In this document: in pieces, positions 7,906 through 19,600 of the stretch
Layout of the letters: every line of letters starts with the position of its first letter
How positions within the stretch are numbered: the first letter of the stretch is position 1
IMG/VR virus record: IMGVR_UViG_3300045016_000151
Coordinates: 18,078 to 82,077 of that record
Strand: one strand, 5' to 3'
Source: a virus
Taxonomy: Duplodnaviria > Heunggongvirae > Uroviricota > Caudoviricetes
Length of the DNA stretch: 64,000 bases
The notes under the pieces: generated by a model
Databases searched by the model: none
Told to the model about the DNA's origin: nothing
Seen by the model: the letters and a program-made list of their open reading frames with translations, nothing else
Translations under genes and position numbers: made by a program

Positions 7906-10023
7906 ATGTTTAAACTTACACTTTCGGTCTCTAAGACCCAAATTAAAACAAAAACAGAAGGTACGTTAGTTACAGAATTTTTAACACAAGAATTTGATGT
8001 AAATAACGATACGAATTTAAAAGAACTTTTCACAACTAGATTGTATAGCACCAATTATTGGGAAAGCGGTAAATGTAGTAAACGTAATTTTTCTGGATTA
8101 TACGGCATAACAGTAGATATTGATAACGGCAAATCAATAGATGCGGCAAAAGAGATATTTAAAAATTACAATTATATCATACACACTAGCACCAGCCATC
8201 GTGCTGACCTCGAGAAAAAAGGTGGTATACAAGATCGATTTAGAATTATCTTGCCAGGCAATCCTGATAAATATCCAAAGTTTAAAGATTTAAGTAAAGC
8301 TTCTGCGCTATATGCACTTATTATCAAGAAATACCCGTTTGTGGACAGCGCATGCGCAGAACCAGCCAGAAAATATTTTCCATTTCTAAATACAACCTAT
8401 CCGCAATTACTTGAGATTCATATCAATGACACCGGATTATATTATGAGGTAGATGATGGTGAATTAGTAGATATGCTTATTCAAATGGAGGCCGCACGAA
8501 AACTACATAAAAATAAAAATGCGGTATTGGGCGATCCAAATAGAAAATATATTACCTGGGAAACAGAAGTAGTATTGAAGGACAAAATTACTAAAGTACG
8601 CATACGCGACATTGAAGAAGCAACACACAGTATATATTGCCCGTTTTGTGATGATATAAATTCGGCAGGTCCCTCTGCACACATAACATTTAATATAGAG
8701 GGGTTTCCGATTCTTGTGTGCGATCACTGTGAAAGCGTGCATGAAGGCAACGAAGGAAAATATTATTTACCTCTAAGTGAAAAATATAATAATCTTTTAT
8801 ATATTGAAGATAAGCTATATTGTATCAAAGAAACCCAAAAAAGTATAAACCTAGTAAAGATGCCAATAGCTTACATCAATCATTTGGCGCCCGATGATTC
8901 GCGTCGCTTGCAAAACTGGCTATCAAAAAATCGATTGTTCGCTGCAGAAGATTTTAAATTACAGAAGTTGTATAATGGCTATACCGAAAAATTAAATTGG
9001 TCGTATGTTGATGGTGGGACAACCTTGGAAATTAATGTACCGCCGGTTCCAGTTCAGATACAAGATAATGATTATATTAATAACTGGATAAACAGTATGA
9101 TAATAGAGCCAGAATATAACGAGTTCTTTAAAGATTACTTGGCGGTATTTGCATATCATAATCATGGAAAGGTGCCGGTACTAGTTTTAACCGGTCCACG
9201 TGGGTCAGGTAAAACTACAGTGGCTGAATTCATGTCTAACTTTTTCCGCGATTGTCACGCTGATTGGGATGGCAATAATAGTCAATTTACAAGTTACTTT
9301 GAAAAGAGATTATTGTTAGTTGACGAAGCTATCAACAATAAGAAGGAACAATATGTAAAATTAAAGGCTATAACCGGTCGCAGCGATCTTCGAGTAAATA
9401 AAAAGCACAAAGCAGAGTATCAAGTAGCTAATAATGTATGTGTTGTACTACTAACGAATGAAAGCGTTCCTATGTACTTAATTGAACATGAATGCCCGAC
9501 TGAAGCATCTGAAAATCAATTCTTTATGTATCATTTAGAGAAACGTAAAGGTCCTATGAATGCAATGATTGGCACCGAATTAAAAGAACGCGCCGGTCAT
9601 TATATTCGTACAGAACTTCGAAGACGTTATGAGGCTTGGCGATCACGTGGAGACTTACGCAATAATAGATACGCAATACCTGTGCCAATTACAGATTTAT
9701 TGCGGAGCCAGTTTGAAAATTCACGCACAGCCTTAGATTATGAATGTGACCAGGTATTCTTGGCTTGCATCAACGGTGTAGTACGTAAAGACCGAATGGG
9801 TCAACCTATTGAAACTATAGGGCCATTTGATACCGTGAGCACTGCGGATCTTCGACATTTGATTGACGCTGTAGGAGTTACAAATTCCAATGTTAAAAGT
9901 TTTCGGGAACGTATGCAACAATATGGTTATTTGAAATTAAAACGAACACATAAAAACGGACTGGATGCTTGGGAAATAGATCCAGGTGGATTAATAAAAC
10001 TTCAAAAACAAAAAGGAACATAA
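7906..10023 (+). CDS. DNA primase/helicase: N-terminal AEP-type primase-polymerase (DIDNG, HTSTSH), a zinc finger (CPFCDD...CDHC) and a C-terminal SF3/D5-like helicase (Walker A GPRGSGKT, Walker B LLLVDEA)
   Basis: Motifs read directly from the translation; RBS AGGAG before the ATG. Confidence 0.8.
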   Translation: MFKLTLSVSKTQIKTKTEGTLVTEFLTQEFDVNNDTNLKELFTTRLYSTNYWESGKCSKRNFSGLYGITVDIDNGKSIDAAKEIFKNYNYIIHTSTSHRADLEKKGGIQDRFRIILPGNPDKYPKFKDLSKASALYALIIKKYPFVDSACAEPARKYFPFLNTTYPQLLEIHINDTGLYYEVDDGELVDMLIQMEAARKLHKNKNAVLGDPNRKYITWETEVVLKDKITKVRIRDIEEATHSIYCPFCDDINSAGPSAHITFNIEGFPILVCDHCESVHEGNEGKYYLPLSEKYNNLLYIEDKLYCIKETQKSINLVKMPIAYINHLAPDDSRRLQNWLSKNRLFAAEDFKLQKLYNGYTEKLNWSYVDGGTTLEINVPPVPVQIQDNDYINNWINSMIIEPEYNEFFKDYLAVFAYHNHGKVPVLVLTGPRGSGKTTVAEFMSNFFRDCHADWDGNNSQFTSYFEKRLLLVDEAINNKKEQYVKLKAITGRSDLRVNKKHKAEYQVANNVCVVLLTNESVPMYLIEHECPTEASENQFFMYHLEKRKGPMNAMIGTELKERAGHYIRTELRRRYEAWRSRGDLRNNRYAIPVPITDLLRSQFENSRTALDYECDQVFLACINGVVRKDRMGQPIETIGPFDTVSTADLRHLIDAVGVTNSNVKSFRERMQQYGYLKLKRTHKNGLDAWEIDPGGLIKLQKQKGT

Positions 10024-10030
10024 ATAAAGA

Positions 10031-12211
10031 ATGGATCAACAAAATCCATATTCAGCAGATATTGCTAATTCTTTACATTTAGCAAGAGAATTAGCAATTG
10101 ATGCTGGTAATCCAACAATAGAGAGTGAACACATTCTCTTAGCCATTATACAACTAAAAACAGCTGGCTATAGTTTTTTAGCGAAACAGCTATCTGTGCC
10201 AACCTTGCAGATTGCTCTTAGAAAGATAATTAATCAGAACTCATCTTCAGTGACGGTAGAAGGTAACATCTTGTTATCTAAACCAGTTTCACAGGCTTTA
10301 CTACAGTTACGACGTTTTGCTAATGCAGACAGCAAAGATTTTTTACTTGCGCTAGCGGCGCAAGCTGGTTGTACAGCACAATTAGTATTGGAACGACACG
10401 GATTTAATGTGCGTACCAATGTTTCAACAACCGAGCCTAAAACTAATGCTGAGCCCACTGATAATGCAACACCCGCATTAGACGCATTTTCCATCGATTT
10501 AACAAAACTTGCATCAGAGGCAAAACTTGATCCGGTAGTAAATAGGATGAAGGAAATAAATCGTATAACGGAAATTTTAGGGCGTCGTAAGAAGAATAAT
10601 CCTATTCTTGTCGGTGAGCCGGGGGTCGGAAAATCTGCGATTGTCGAGGGGCTAGCTTTAAAATTGGCAAAAGGCGAAGTAGCCCACTCGTTGCAGGGAA
10701 AGCGCATTGTCTCTTTAAATATGGCATCTATCGTGGCGGGCACTAAGCTGAGAGGTCAATTTGAGGAAAGACTAAAAGCCGTTATTGACGAACTTCAAAA
10801 GAATAAAGATATAATAGTTTTTATAGACGAAGTTCATACTTTGATTGGATCAGGTGGACCCGAAGGTACCGGAGATGCGGCTAACATGCTTAAACCTGCG
10901 TTAGCACGCGGCGAAATACAGTGTATTGGTTCAACTACGTACGATGATTATCGTAAGTATATTGAACGCGATCCGGCGCTTGAACGTCGATTTCAAAAAC
11001 TCACTGTAAATCCACCTACAATAGAAGAAACTATAACTATTTTAAATCAAATAACACCGCTTTACGAGGAATATCATAAAGTAAAATATGCTGAAGGATT
11101 AACCAACATGATTGTTAATCTCAGCGATCGTTATATCACTGACAGATATTTACCTGATAAAGCTATTGATATATTTGATGAAGCAGGTAGTGTTGCGCAC
11201 ATATCTGAACAATCCGAAGTTACTGAAGAGACAGTACGTAAAGTGGTATCTACGATGACTGGCGTACCGATGACTTCTATCGGGCAATCGGAACGGGATC
11301 GCTTAAAGGATTTGGAAAGCAATCTAAATAAAGTTGTTGTTGGGCAAGAAGAAGCAATAGCTATGTTAGTAAAAGCAGTCAAACGCGCACGAACAGGCGT
11401 ACAAAATGTAAAAAAACCATTCAGTGCGTTACTACTAGGTCCAACTGGTGTTGGTAAGACAGAGACAGCAAAACAACTTGCTAAATGTTTATTTGATTCC
11501 GAAGATGCTTTGCTACGTGTGGATATGAGTGAACTGTCTGAAGCTCATTCTATATCTAAATTAATAGGATCACCTCCTGGCTATGTTGGTTATGATGAAG
11601 GCGGCCAATTAACTGAACGCGTGCGACAAAAACCATATTCTATTGTATTGTTAGATGAAGTGGAAAAAGCACACCATGATGTGTTTAACGTGTTTCTACA
11701 AGTTTTTGACGACGGTATTTTAACAGATGGACGTGGAAAAAATGTTAACTTTAAAAATACAATTCTTCTAATGACCTCTAATATAGGTACGGTAGAAGCA
11801 GCTAAATCTAAACTCGGATTTAGCAACGATAATGATAAAAAGTCCAAAGACGCAAAACGCAACGAAGCGTTAAAAACCCATTTTCGTCCAGAATTTTTGA
11901 ACAGAATCGATGAGATAGTACATTATAATGATTTATCTCAAGAGGCTGTAAAGAAAATTTTAGAGTTATATTTAAAACAAATGAGTGTACAAGTAATTTT
12001 ATCCCCAGAAGCAACTGATTATCTAGTTGCTAATGGCTATTCTAAGGAATATGGAGCTCGTCCTCTACGCAGACTTGTACAAAATAAAATCGAATCCCCA
12101 ATAGCTGATCTATTAATAGATTCTCCGGAACTAGATTTATTCGATGCAGCTGTTGTTGAAGACACGATTAAAGTTACACCACAAATTATAGTAAAAGAAC
12201 AGGAAATATAA
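10031..12211 (+). CDS. ClpA/ClpC-like AAA+ unfoldase with a Clp_N domain and two nucleotide-binding domains (GEPGVGKSAIVEGLA; LLLGPTGVGKTETAKQLA; C-terminal GARPLRRLVQ); it lacks the long ClpB middle domain
   Basis: Class I Clp ATPase architecture read from the translation. Confidence 0.85.
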   Translation: MDQQNPYSADIANSLHLARELAIDAGNPTIESEHILLAIIQLKTAGYSFLAKQLSVPTLQIALRKIINQNSSSVTVEGNILLSKPVSQALLQLRRFANADSKDFLLALAAQAGCTAQLVLERHGFNVRTNVSTTEPKTNAEPTDNATPALDAFSIDLTKLASEAKLDPVVNRMKEINRITEILGRRKKNNPILVGEPGVGKSAIVEGLALKLAKGEVAHSLQGKRIVSLNMASIVAGTKLRGQFEERLKAVIDELQKNKDIIVFIDEVHTLIGSGGPEGTGDAANMLKPALARGEIQCIGSTTYDDYRKYIERDPALERRFQKLTVNPPTIEETITILNQITPLYEEYHKVKYAEGLTNMIVNLSDRYITDRYLPDKAIDIFDEAGSVAHISEQSEVTEETVRKVVSTMTGVPMTSIGQSERDRLKDLESNLNKVVVGQEEAIAMLVKAVKRARTGVQNVKKPFSALLLGPTGVGKTETAKQLAKCLFDSEDALLRVDMSELSEAHSISKLIGSPPGYVGYDEGGQLTERVRQKPYSIVLLDEVEKAHHDVFNVFLQVFDDGILTDGRGKNVNFKNTILLMTSNIGTVEAAKSKLGFSNDNDKKSKDAKRNEALKTHFRPEFLNRIDEIVHYNDLSQEAVKKILELYLKQMSVQVILSPEATDYLVANGYSKEYGARPLRRLVQNKIESPIADLLIDSPELDLFDAAVVEDTIKVTPQIIVKEQEI

Positions 12212-13182
12212 TGAAACTGTTTTTATTTGACGTACGTGAATTAGCAGCAGGTTCACAATTCATTCTACAACCCGGGGACGCTGGTATTGGAATCCATTTA
12301 AAGGAAGATAACCAGACGATCTCGATGCAACCCGGCGTACCCGAACATCGTATTATACATTCTAAAGGCGTGGTAGTTTTTGGTATACCCAGGCTACTAA
12401 AGCAGGATCAACGTAATTCAACTACTTCAGTTGCAATGCAGGTGTATAATTTTGTAAAACAATTACCTGATTGGGATCCTAATTATGTATATAGACCGGT
12501 GTTTGATGTCACAGTAGATGATGCAATAGCTTTGGCATTAATGGATAAGAAACACAGACAAAAATTACTGTTATCCGGAACAAAATTATCAGCATTATTA
12601 ACTGAATTAAACGAATGGACTGCGAATAGATACAATTTTGTAAAAACCAGCAATCCAAGACTCTTAAATTATTTATTAAAAATACATCCATATCCTTTCT
12701 ACGATTATGTCGGGAAATCTCGAACTGAGTTATGCGAATTATCTCTTCTGGATCTTACAGAGGCAGTTGTAAAAGATTTCGATAATATCGAGCCGGTGCT
12801 TCGTACTTATCCCGATGAATTGAAGTATGATATATTACATGAAAATGACCGTTCTGTACTTATTCGATCAAAAACCGATCGCTATGGCGCAGACGATCTT
12901 ATAGCACAGCAGTTATTTGAATTTCGTCCAAACGTGGTTCGTGTGATTATTGCACGTAAAATCAAAAACACAACAAAGCACTTTATAACAATTTGCAACT
13001 CAAATATTTATAACTCTGACTTAAATGTATATAATTACGTAGACACCAAAGAATTAAATATCGGTGAGAAAAAAGTCAGCGGCGAACCCGAGTGGAAAAA
13101 TTTAAAGGTCACTGCTTTGGGGCCCAGAAAAGGAACTGCATTGGCCTTAGATATTGTATGGCAACATGCACAGATAAAATAA
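12211..13182 (+). CDS. Hypothetical protein
   Basis: ORF track; ATG overlaps the Clp stop codon. Confidence 0.55.
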   Translation: MKLFLFDVRELAAGSQFILQPGDAGIGIHLKEDNQTISMQPGVPEHRIIHSKGVVVFGIPRLLKQDQRNSTTSVAMQVYNFVKQLPDWDPNYVYRPVFDVTVDDAIALALMDKKHRQKLLLSGTKLSALLTELNEWTANRYNFVKTSNPRLLNYLLKIHPYPFYDYVGKSRTELCELSLLDLTEAVVKDFDNIEPVLRTYPDELKYDILHENDRSVLIRSKTDRYGADDLIAQQLFEFRPNVVRVIIARKIKNTTKHFITICNSNIYNSDLNVYNYVDTKELNIGEKKVSGEPEWKNLKVTALGPRKGTALALDIVWQHAQIK

Positions 13183-13565
13183 ATTACTGGTTATTAGATT
13201 GGGCAAATATTACACGTGGTACACCGGATATACTAAGTCAAGGACACTCTGAACATGATGCTAAAACTTTGACATCTACGCAACTGTTAACAACAGAACC
13301 AGATTTTAATTTTTTAGCGCGTTTTGTAATAAGTCCCAATGAGATAGAACAATTTCCAACAGAATTTCATATTGACGATGTCTTAAATAATAGACTTTCT
13401 ATCGATCTAATTAAAGGAGCCAAACATTTTTTTCTACTTGGTGATCGATATGAAATTGTCGGAAAATTGTCAAATAGTATCAATAGTTATTTTAAGATTC
13501 AAAATATAATGGGGTTCCACGTTGTCTTAATTAAGACATTTAGGTTAGGGGCTCCACTAGATTAA
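13158..13565 (+). CDS. Hypothetical protein; start uncertain (the track start at 13092 is an alternative)
   Basis: ORF track; overlaps the upstream gene. Confidence 0.35.
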   Translation: MATCTDKINYWLLDWANITRGTPDILSQGHSEHDAKTLTSTQLLTTEPDFNFLARFVISPNEIEQFPTEFHIDDVLNNRLSIDLIKGAKHFFLLGDRYEIVGKLSNSINSYFKIQNIMGFHVVLIKTFRLGAPLD

Positions 13566-13596
13566 AATAGGGTACGTTGTACCCTATTTTTTTTTA
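13566..13596. terminator. Bidirectional rho-independent terminator (AATAGGGTAC-GTT-GTACCCTATT followed by T8) between convergent genes
   Basis: Perfect 10-bp stem plus a T-run. Confidence 0.75.
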
Positions 13597-13601
13597 TTAT
13601 C

Positions 13602-16600
13602 TTAATAAAATTGCTTCTTTTCAGGATCTAGTTCTTGTCCGAAAGAGGTACCTTGTAAATAAGCCGGCATTGGATCCGTGCCTTTTAAATTAGTTTCGTA
13701 ACCCATCGCAGCCCCCTCCTGAATGGTTTGTTTTAATCTGTTGGTTGTTAAGCGACTTAACCAATCTTCTGACTCCAATGGCAAGACATCAATACTTTTG
13801 AAGAATGGTGTATATGCTATTAATGGTTTTCCATTTAAAGCCAATTCACGGTTTATTTTTTTCACCGCTGTAACAGGTACTGTATCACCACGTAGCCAGG
13901 TTACTGGAGTATCGGTCGGTATATCAGTTATTTCTGCAAAATTACTAGTTCCTCTTATTACCGTCTCGATTGATTTTCGTGCAAACTTTTTATCATATAT
14001 ATTGTTTATTTCATCGGCCGTGTATAATTGCGCTGTCAAATGATCCTTTAATTGCGAAAGCTCTTGCGGTTTTATACTACCCATGGTTAGTGCATCACCC
14101 TTCTTTATAGTTTGCCCAACAGAAACTTTAATTGTCAATCCGTGTGGTATATAATATCGTTTGTCTTGAATATACAAATCATGACCGCCGGCTGGATTCG
14201 GTAAAATAGATTTTACAATTCCCGCCTCTTCTGCTAACACTGCTTTATCTACGACGGTTTGAGGAACATATAATAATTCCTTCAAACGAGGGAATCCGGC
14301 CAAAATACCTCCTTTAGTACCAGCTACTCCGCCTGTATGAAATGTCTGCAATGTTAGTTGTGTGGAACGCTCGGTGATAGCTTCTGCGTCTAATATACCA
14401 ACATTTTCGCCGATACGTGGCGGGGTTCCGTTGGCCATTAGTCCATAACATTTAATGCATACACCGCCATCCGATTCACACAATAAAGGAGAACGTACCG
14501 GAAGTAACTCAATCTTTTTACGTCTTGCCTTGTTAATTAAATCTACATCAACTAATTCATTACGTACACCTACACCACCAATTGTTTTTGCCAAATATCT
14601 GTCAAATATTTCTTTACTGTCAATAGCTATTTCTATATATTCTGGTGTGCCGCAATCATCTTCTACTACTAATAAGTTTTTGGTATTGAATAACAACTCT
14701 TTATTTAGTCCACCGCTTTCCTGAGTATTGATAGATTTATCTACAACGCCTTTTCTAGCGCCATAAGATTGATTCCAATAATCGAACGTATCTACTCCTT
14801 CTGACCACGATTTTTTTATCGGAAATGGAATAGGATTACCGTGAACGTCTTCTACTACACCAGGCATTGATAATATTTGTGTTATTTGCCCAGCTTTATT
14901 AGTACTTCCACTTCGTAGCATATCATAGAATCTATTTTTATCTTTTAATTCCTTATCTTGTTCGTGCTGTATTTCTTTTTTTGCGGCCATATATAATTCT
15001 ATACGCTTTTCCGCAGGTGTTTTAGAAGTAATTTGTTTCTCGTACTTATTTAATATTCTATCTCTAAATGAGCGATCAATAGCTAAATCTGTTATTGAAA
15101 GGGTGCTTCCACGATCTATGGCATATTGTCTTCCAACGTTTTTAAAATGATCCATAATTTTTCCAAATTCGTTAGGATGATTTTTGTACAACACGTCAAT
15201 TAGATTTTTTACATATTTAGAATCAAATTCTTGTTTATAATCCTGCAATTCTTTTGGTAGGGCGCTATTAACTAGTAATTTTCCTAGCGTTATAGTTTTA
15301 CCATGCATTATAAATTGATCTTGCATATCTAATCCAGCACGTAATGCATCCTTTGCTGTTTTAAATGTTCTACGAGTATTTTTACCTGGAACTGTTAAAA
15401 AATATAATCCAAGCTGATAATCCTGACTCAGCTGATGCATATGTTCTTTATCACCTGCTTTATGTAGATTTTTACTTGGCAACATATCTTTGGCTTCATT
15501 TACTGCTGCCTCTGATACCGGAACATGTATGCTTGCAGTATCTCCATCGAAGTCCATATTTAATCCTTTTACAATTAATGGATTGACTCGGATACTCATA
15601 CCGTCAAAACGTTCCGGATAAAAAGCTTGCACATTATGTTTATGTAATGAAGGTGCACGATTCATTAATACCGGACGTTCTTTTATTACTACATTTAAAG
15701 CTTGATCCGCGATAGGAGACCATTCTCGATATTGTTTTATCGCTTCTATCGGTTTATAGCCCTGTCGAACTAATTCACGTATAACAAATGGCTTCATAAT
15801 ACTACGAAGCATTGGTTCAGGTAAACCGATCTGATCGATACCTATAGATGGTTCTACAGTTACTGTTGATCGCGCAGATAAATCTTGTCGACGGCCCCAA
15901 ACTTTATTCTGTATGAAACCTTCTTTTGGAGAATCTCCCGCCAACGTCTTTAACAATCCTTCATATTTTTCACGAGTATAGGTTATTGGATCAATTAACC
16001 CATCCAGCGCGCGCAGGCCTTGATATAAAGCAACGCGGTTGGTTTTGTTAAATTCTGTAGGGTCAACACCAGATTTTTTAATTTCCTTCAGCTGATTATT
16101 TATAAGTGAAATATTATGGTAATGCTTATTTACAGGCGATACCTGTAAATCTCCCGATGGTAATGGATAGATCGGTCTGAAAATCGGGGGCAACACTGGG
16201 ATAGCCTTCATAATGTAAGCTTCTTCTGGAGCCAACTTAAAATCTTTAAGCACTTGTAAATATCTAACTCTTTTATTTAACATATTTACTTGAGTCGGCC
16301 CCGCGGTCTGTAGGGCTTTGCGAGTTTTTAACAGCTCTTTGGGCACATCTATATTTCTTAGTAACTTATGTATTAATTTTGTTCCAGTTAAGCCGTCGAT
16401 TTGTAGCTCTTCTCTCATAACCTGATCATATTGTCGACCATTTAATCCTATTAATGATTGTATAGCTGATTCAAATATAGGATTGGGCATAGGTTCAGCT
16501 AATAGCATATGATTCCAATTTGTACCTTTTAGTCCACCACCAGTTAACTTTGGATCAAAAAGACCTCCTTCTATTTCTGCGAGATCTTTTCCACGCAACA

Positions 16601-19600
16601 TATGTCCCGCATCTTTTATTTCTCCAGAACTCCACGTCAAAACGTCTTTTGTCGTAGCCGGAAATAACTTCATTTTGTAACCATTTTTAGATACATTAAT
16701 ACCGGCAGCCTTCATATATGATAACATTTTATCGAATACAAAGTTTTTTTGCGGCCTTGGTGGAGGAAAGCCTAATTGAAGATTACGCCAGTACTCATCG
16801 TTTTTCTGAGATTTCACCGCCGCAAATTCAAATAAATTCTGTCTGGCACCGTGCGCCAGTAATGCGTATGTTTGTAGAGGATCTATTGATTGCCCACCCT
16901 CTTCTCCCTTTGCAGGTTGTTCGTTTGCATCATATGTTCCAGGGATATCACGACTCTTAAATTTATGCTCTACTATGTGTAATAGTTTGAGATAATATTT
17001 TACACCCCAGAATACAGGGGCCTTTGTCATCGGTTTGCCATCTTTGGTGTATAAAATTTCTTCGGCGGGGATCTTATTATTTTTCAGTTCCCCTATAATA
17101 TTCTTTAAGTAATCTTCGCCAGAGAAGTTTTTTACAATATATGGTTTCCCAGTTTTATAAGCTATTTTTCCTGCAGCGGTCTCAAGCATCTGACCCATAT
17201 TCATACGACCCACTACACCATGAGGGTTGAATAAAATATCTATACGTGTGCCATCTTTTGTATATGGAGCTTCGTCATCTGATATAATTTTTGTTACTAT
17301 ACCTTTGTCTCCATAACGTGCAGCTAATTTGTCACCAACGACTAAAGGTTGTTCTTCATAAATCCACACTATAATAGAATTACCTATTCTACGAACATAT
17401 TTTATAATGCCTTCATGTTCTCCATCCCATATTAAAGAACGATCACGATATGGATTAGATATTACTTTGTGCATCTGTTTTAATATTTTTTCGGTATCCG
17501 TCAATTCCACGCGAGAAAGATATGCTATCAGTACCTCGCCTGGGAGAACGCGTTCACCCTCTTTTATTACACCAGTTTCATCAAGTTTTGCAAGGTTTAT
17601 GTTGTTAATTTTTTCTGGAAAATACGAAACAAATTTTTGTTTATCTAATATACCGGTCGCGCTTGTTTGCAGACTTTTCTTTAATATTACTGTTGATGTT
17701 AATTTATTGGCTAATGATTCGGTCACAACTATACCGTCTTCAAAATTATATCCATACCATGGCATATAAGCCACAGTAGCATTGATGCCATAAGCATAAT
17801 TACCAGATGCATCTGTAAAATTATTTTTTGCCAGTACATCAAAAGGTTTTATACGATCTCCTGGCTTTACTAGCGGGGTCGATTGTAAGAAACTATCTTG
17901 GTTAAGCGGAAAATCATTATATAAACCAATTTTATGTTTTTCACCTGCATCTGTTTTTATAGTAATGTAATCTTTATCTACAGCAGTAACTACGCCTTTG
18001 CCCACATCATCCCTGATTCTTGTAGTGGCGATCATACCAAGTATTTCGTCCATTGTACGCCCGCTCGGAGCCTGTACTTTTACTAATGGGCTTTCTGCAT
18101 TTTTTAATGGTACCGCCTGACTTGCCATTTTTGCCGCAACTGCAGCGCGGTTTCCTGAATTTGTGCCCAGAAATGGTATTAAATTTGTTGTCCAGCCAAA
18201 CATAGATGTTGGATCAAGCAAGTAAGCATCTACTTCCGATTTTGGCACTTCATCGACTTGCCCGCGATACATTATTTTTATTTGATCGTGCTGAGCTCTC
18301 CCTTTTTCATGTTGATCCGGATATCCAATTTTCATGTCATAAAACTCGATTGGAGTAACTTCTTTCTGTGTGCCATTTGGCATTATGATAGTAGTAGTTA
18401 AATCTTTACCGCGTTTTCTTACTCCTAATCCTAGACTTAAAGTAACGCCGACTTTATGACCTTCGGGAGTATGCAATGGATCTAAATATCCTAGATGCGT
18501 TGGATGTACATCACGTGTTTTAAAAGTTATTGAATGTTCGGATTGTATGGCACCAGTACCGGTTACGGTTGTCTTTCTCCATTCCGAGGCCATCTCCACT
18601 GGATTAGTTTGAGGAGAAGGATTACTCAAGTCACCTGTTGTGAAAAATTTTCGTATTGGTTCCGTATAAGTATCAGTAGAAATAATTTCTCGTATGTTCT
18701 TTTTATTATCTGTGCGATAACGCAAATTTTTGACTACATCCTTTGTTGTTTTAGAAAAGTATTCTTCTAATTGTTCGTCTACCGTGTATAATTGTTTAAA
18801 CAACAATGAATCACGCTCATCTTCAGGAGTCTCACCTTTCATAACTTTTAATAATTTAGTTGCGCTGGCCAGTAGGGCGGTCGGTGATACTCGATCATAC
18901 GAATCACCTAATGTTATTTTTGTTACCTCCGGATCCATTCTAGTATCGTCAAAATATGTACGTATATTTTCTAACGCTTCGTTATATCCTAATCGTTGCC
19001 GTCTTAATTTCTCATATAATAACGGTATTTCTTTTTCTGCTTCATTTATTCCCGCCGCCTTGTTTTTGTCAAACAGCTCTTGCCCCCACGCCTTTATCAT
19101 TTCTTGCTGCGTAGTACCTAAGGCATTTAATAATGTATAAAGATGAAAACGTTGTTTTGCTACATAAAGATAAAATACACCTTCAGCCGGATCCAATTCC
19201 ATTTTAAAATTATAACCGACAGCAAGATTAAAGAACGATTCCATTTCACCATTTTCTTTTTGTCGTGTATAAACTCCGGGCTTTAGACGAAATTGATTTA
19301 TAGTAGTATATTCGTTACCACCTATGATCATTGAAAATCTGTCGGTAAGTTTTGGAATATTTGCTATCTTCATATCTTTTATTTCATCTATAATCATGTT
19401 TGTTTGATTATCTCGCAAACGGAACGAAGCATAAACAGGTATTTGCCAGGTTTTTCCAAGTAACTTAGTCTCTTTTTGGGCTGGTAAATCCCGGTCGTCC
19501 AGCACATCTTTTATCTTTGGCGATCCGATTAGTTCCAAGGTATGATGTGTGCCGATAACAGGAAATTGTCTTTTTATAGATTGTTGTAAAGCATTTTGAA

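Noticed and set aside
10234-10743. 169-aa minus-strand ORF antisense inside the Clp ATPase gene, and similar antisense ORFs inside rpoBC, the fibre gene and the tail genes
   Set aside because: They are embedded antisense within long genes that are well supported by motifs, and are typical spurious ORFs.
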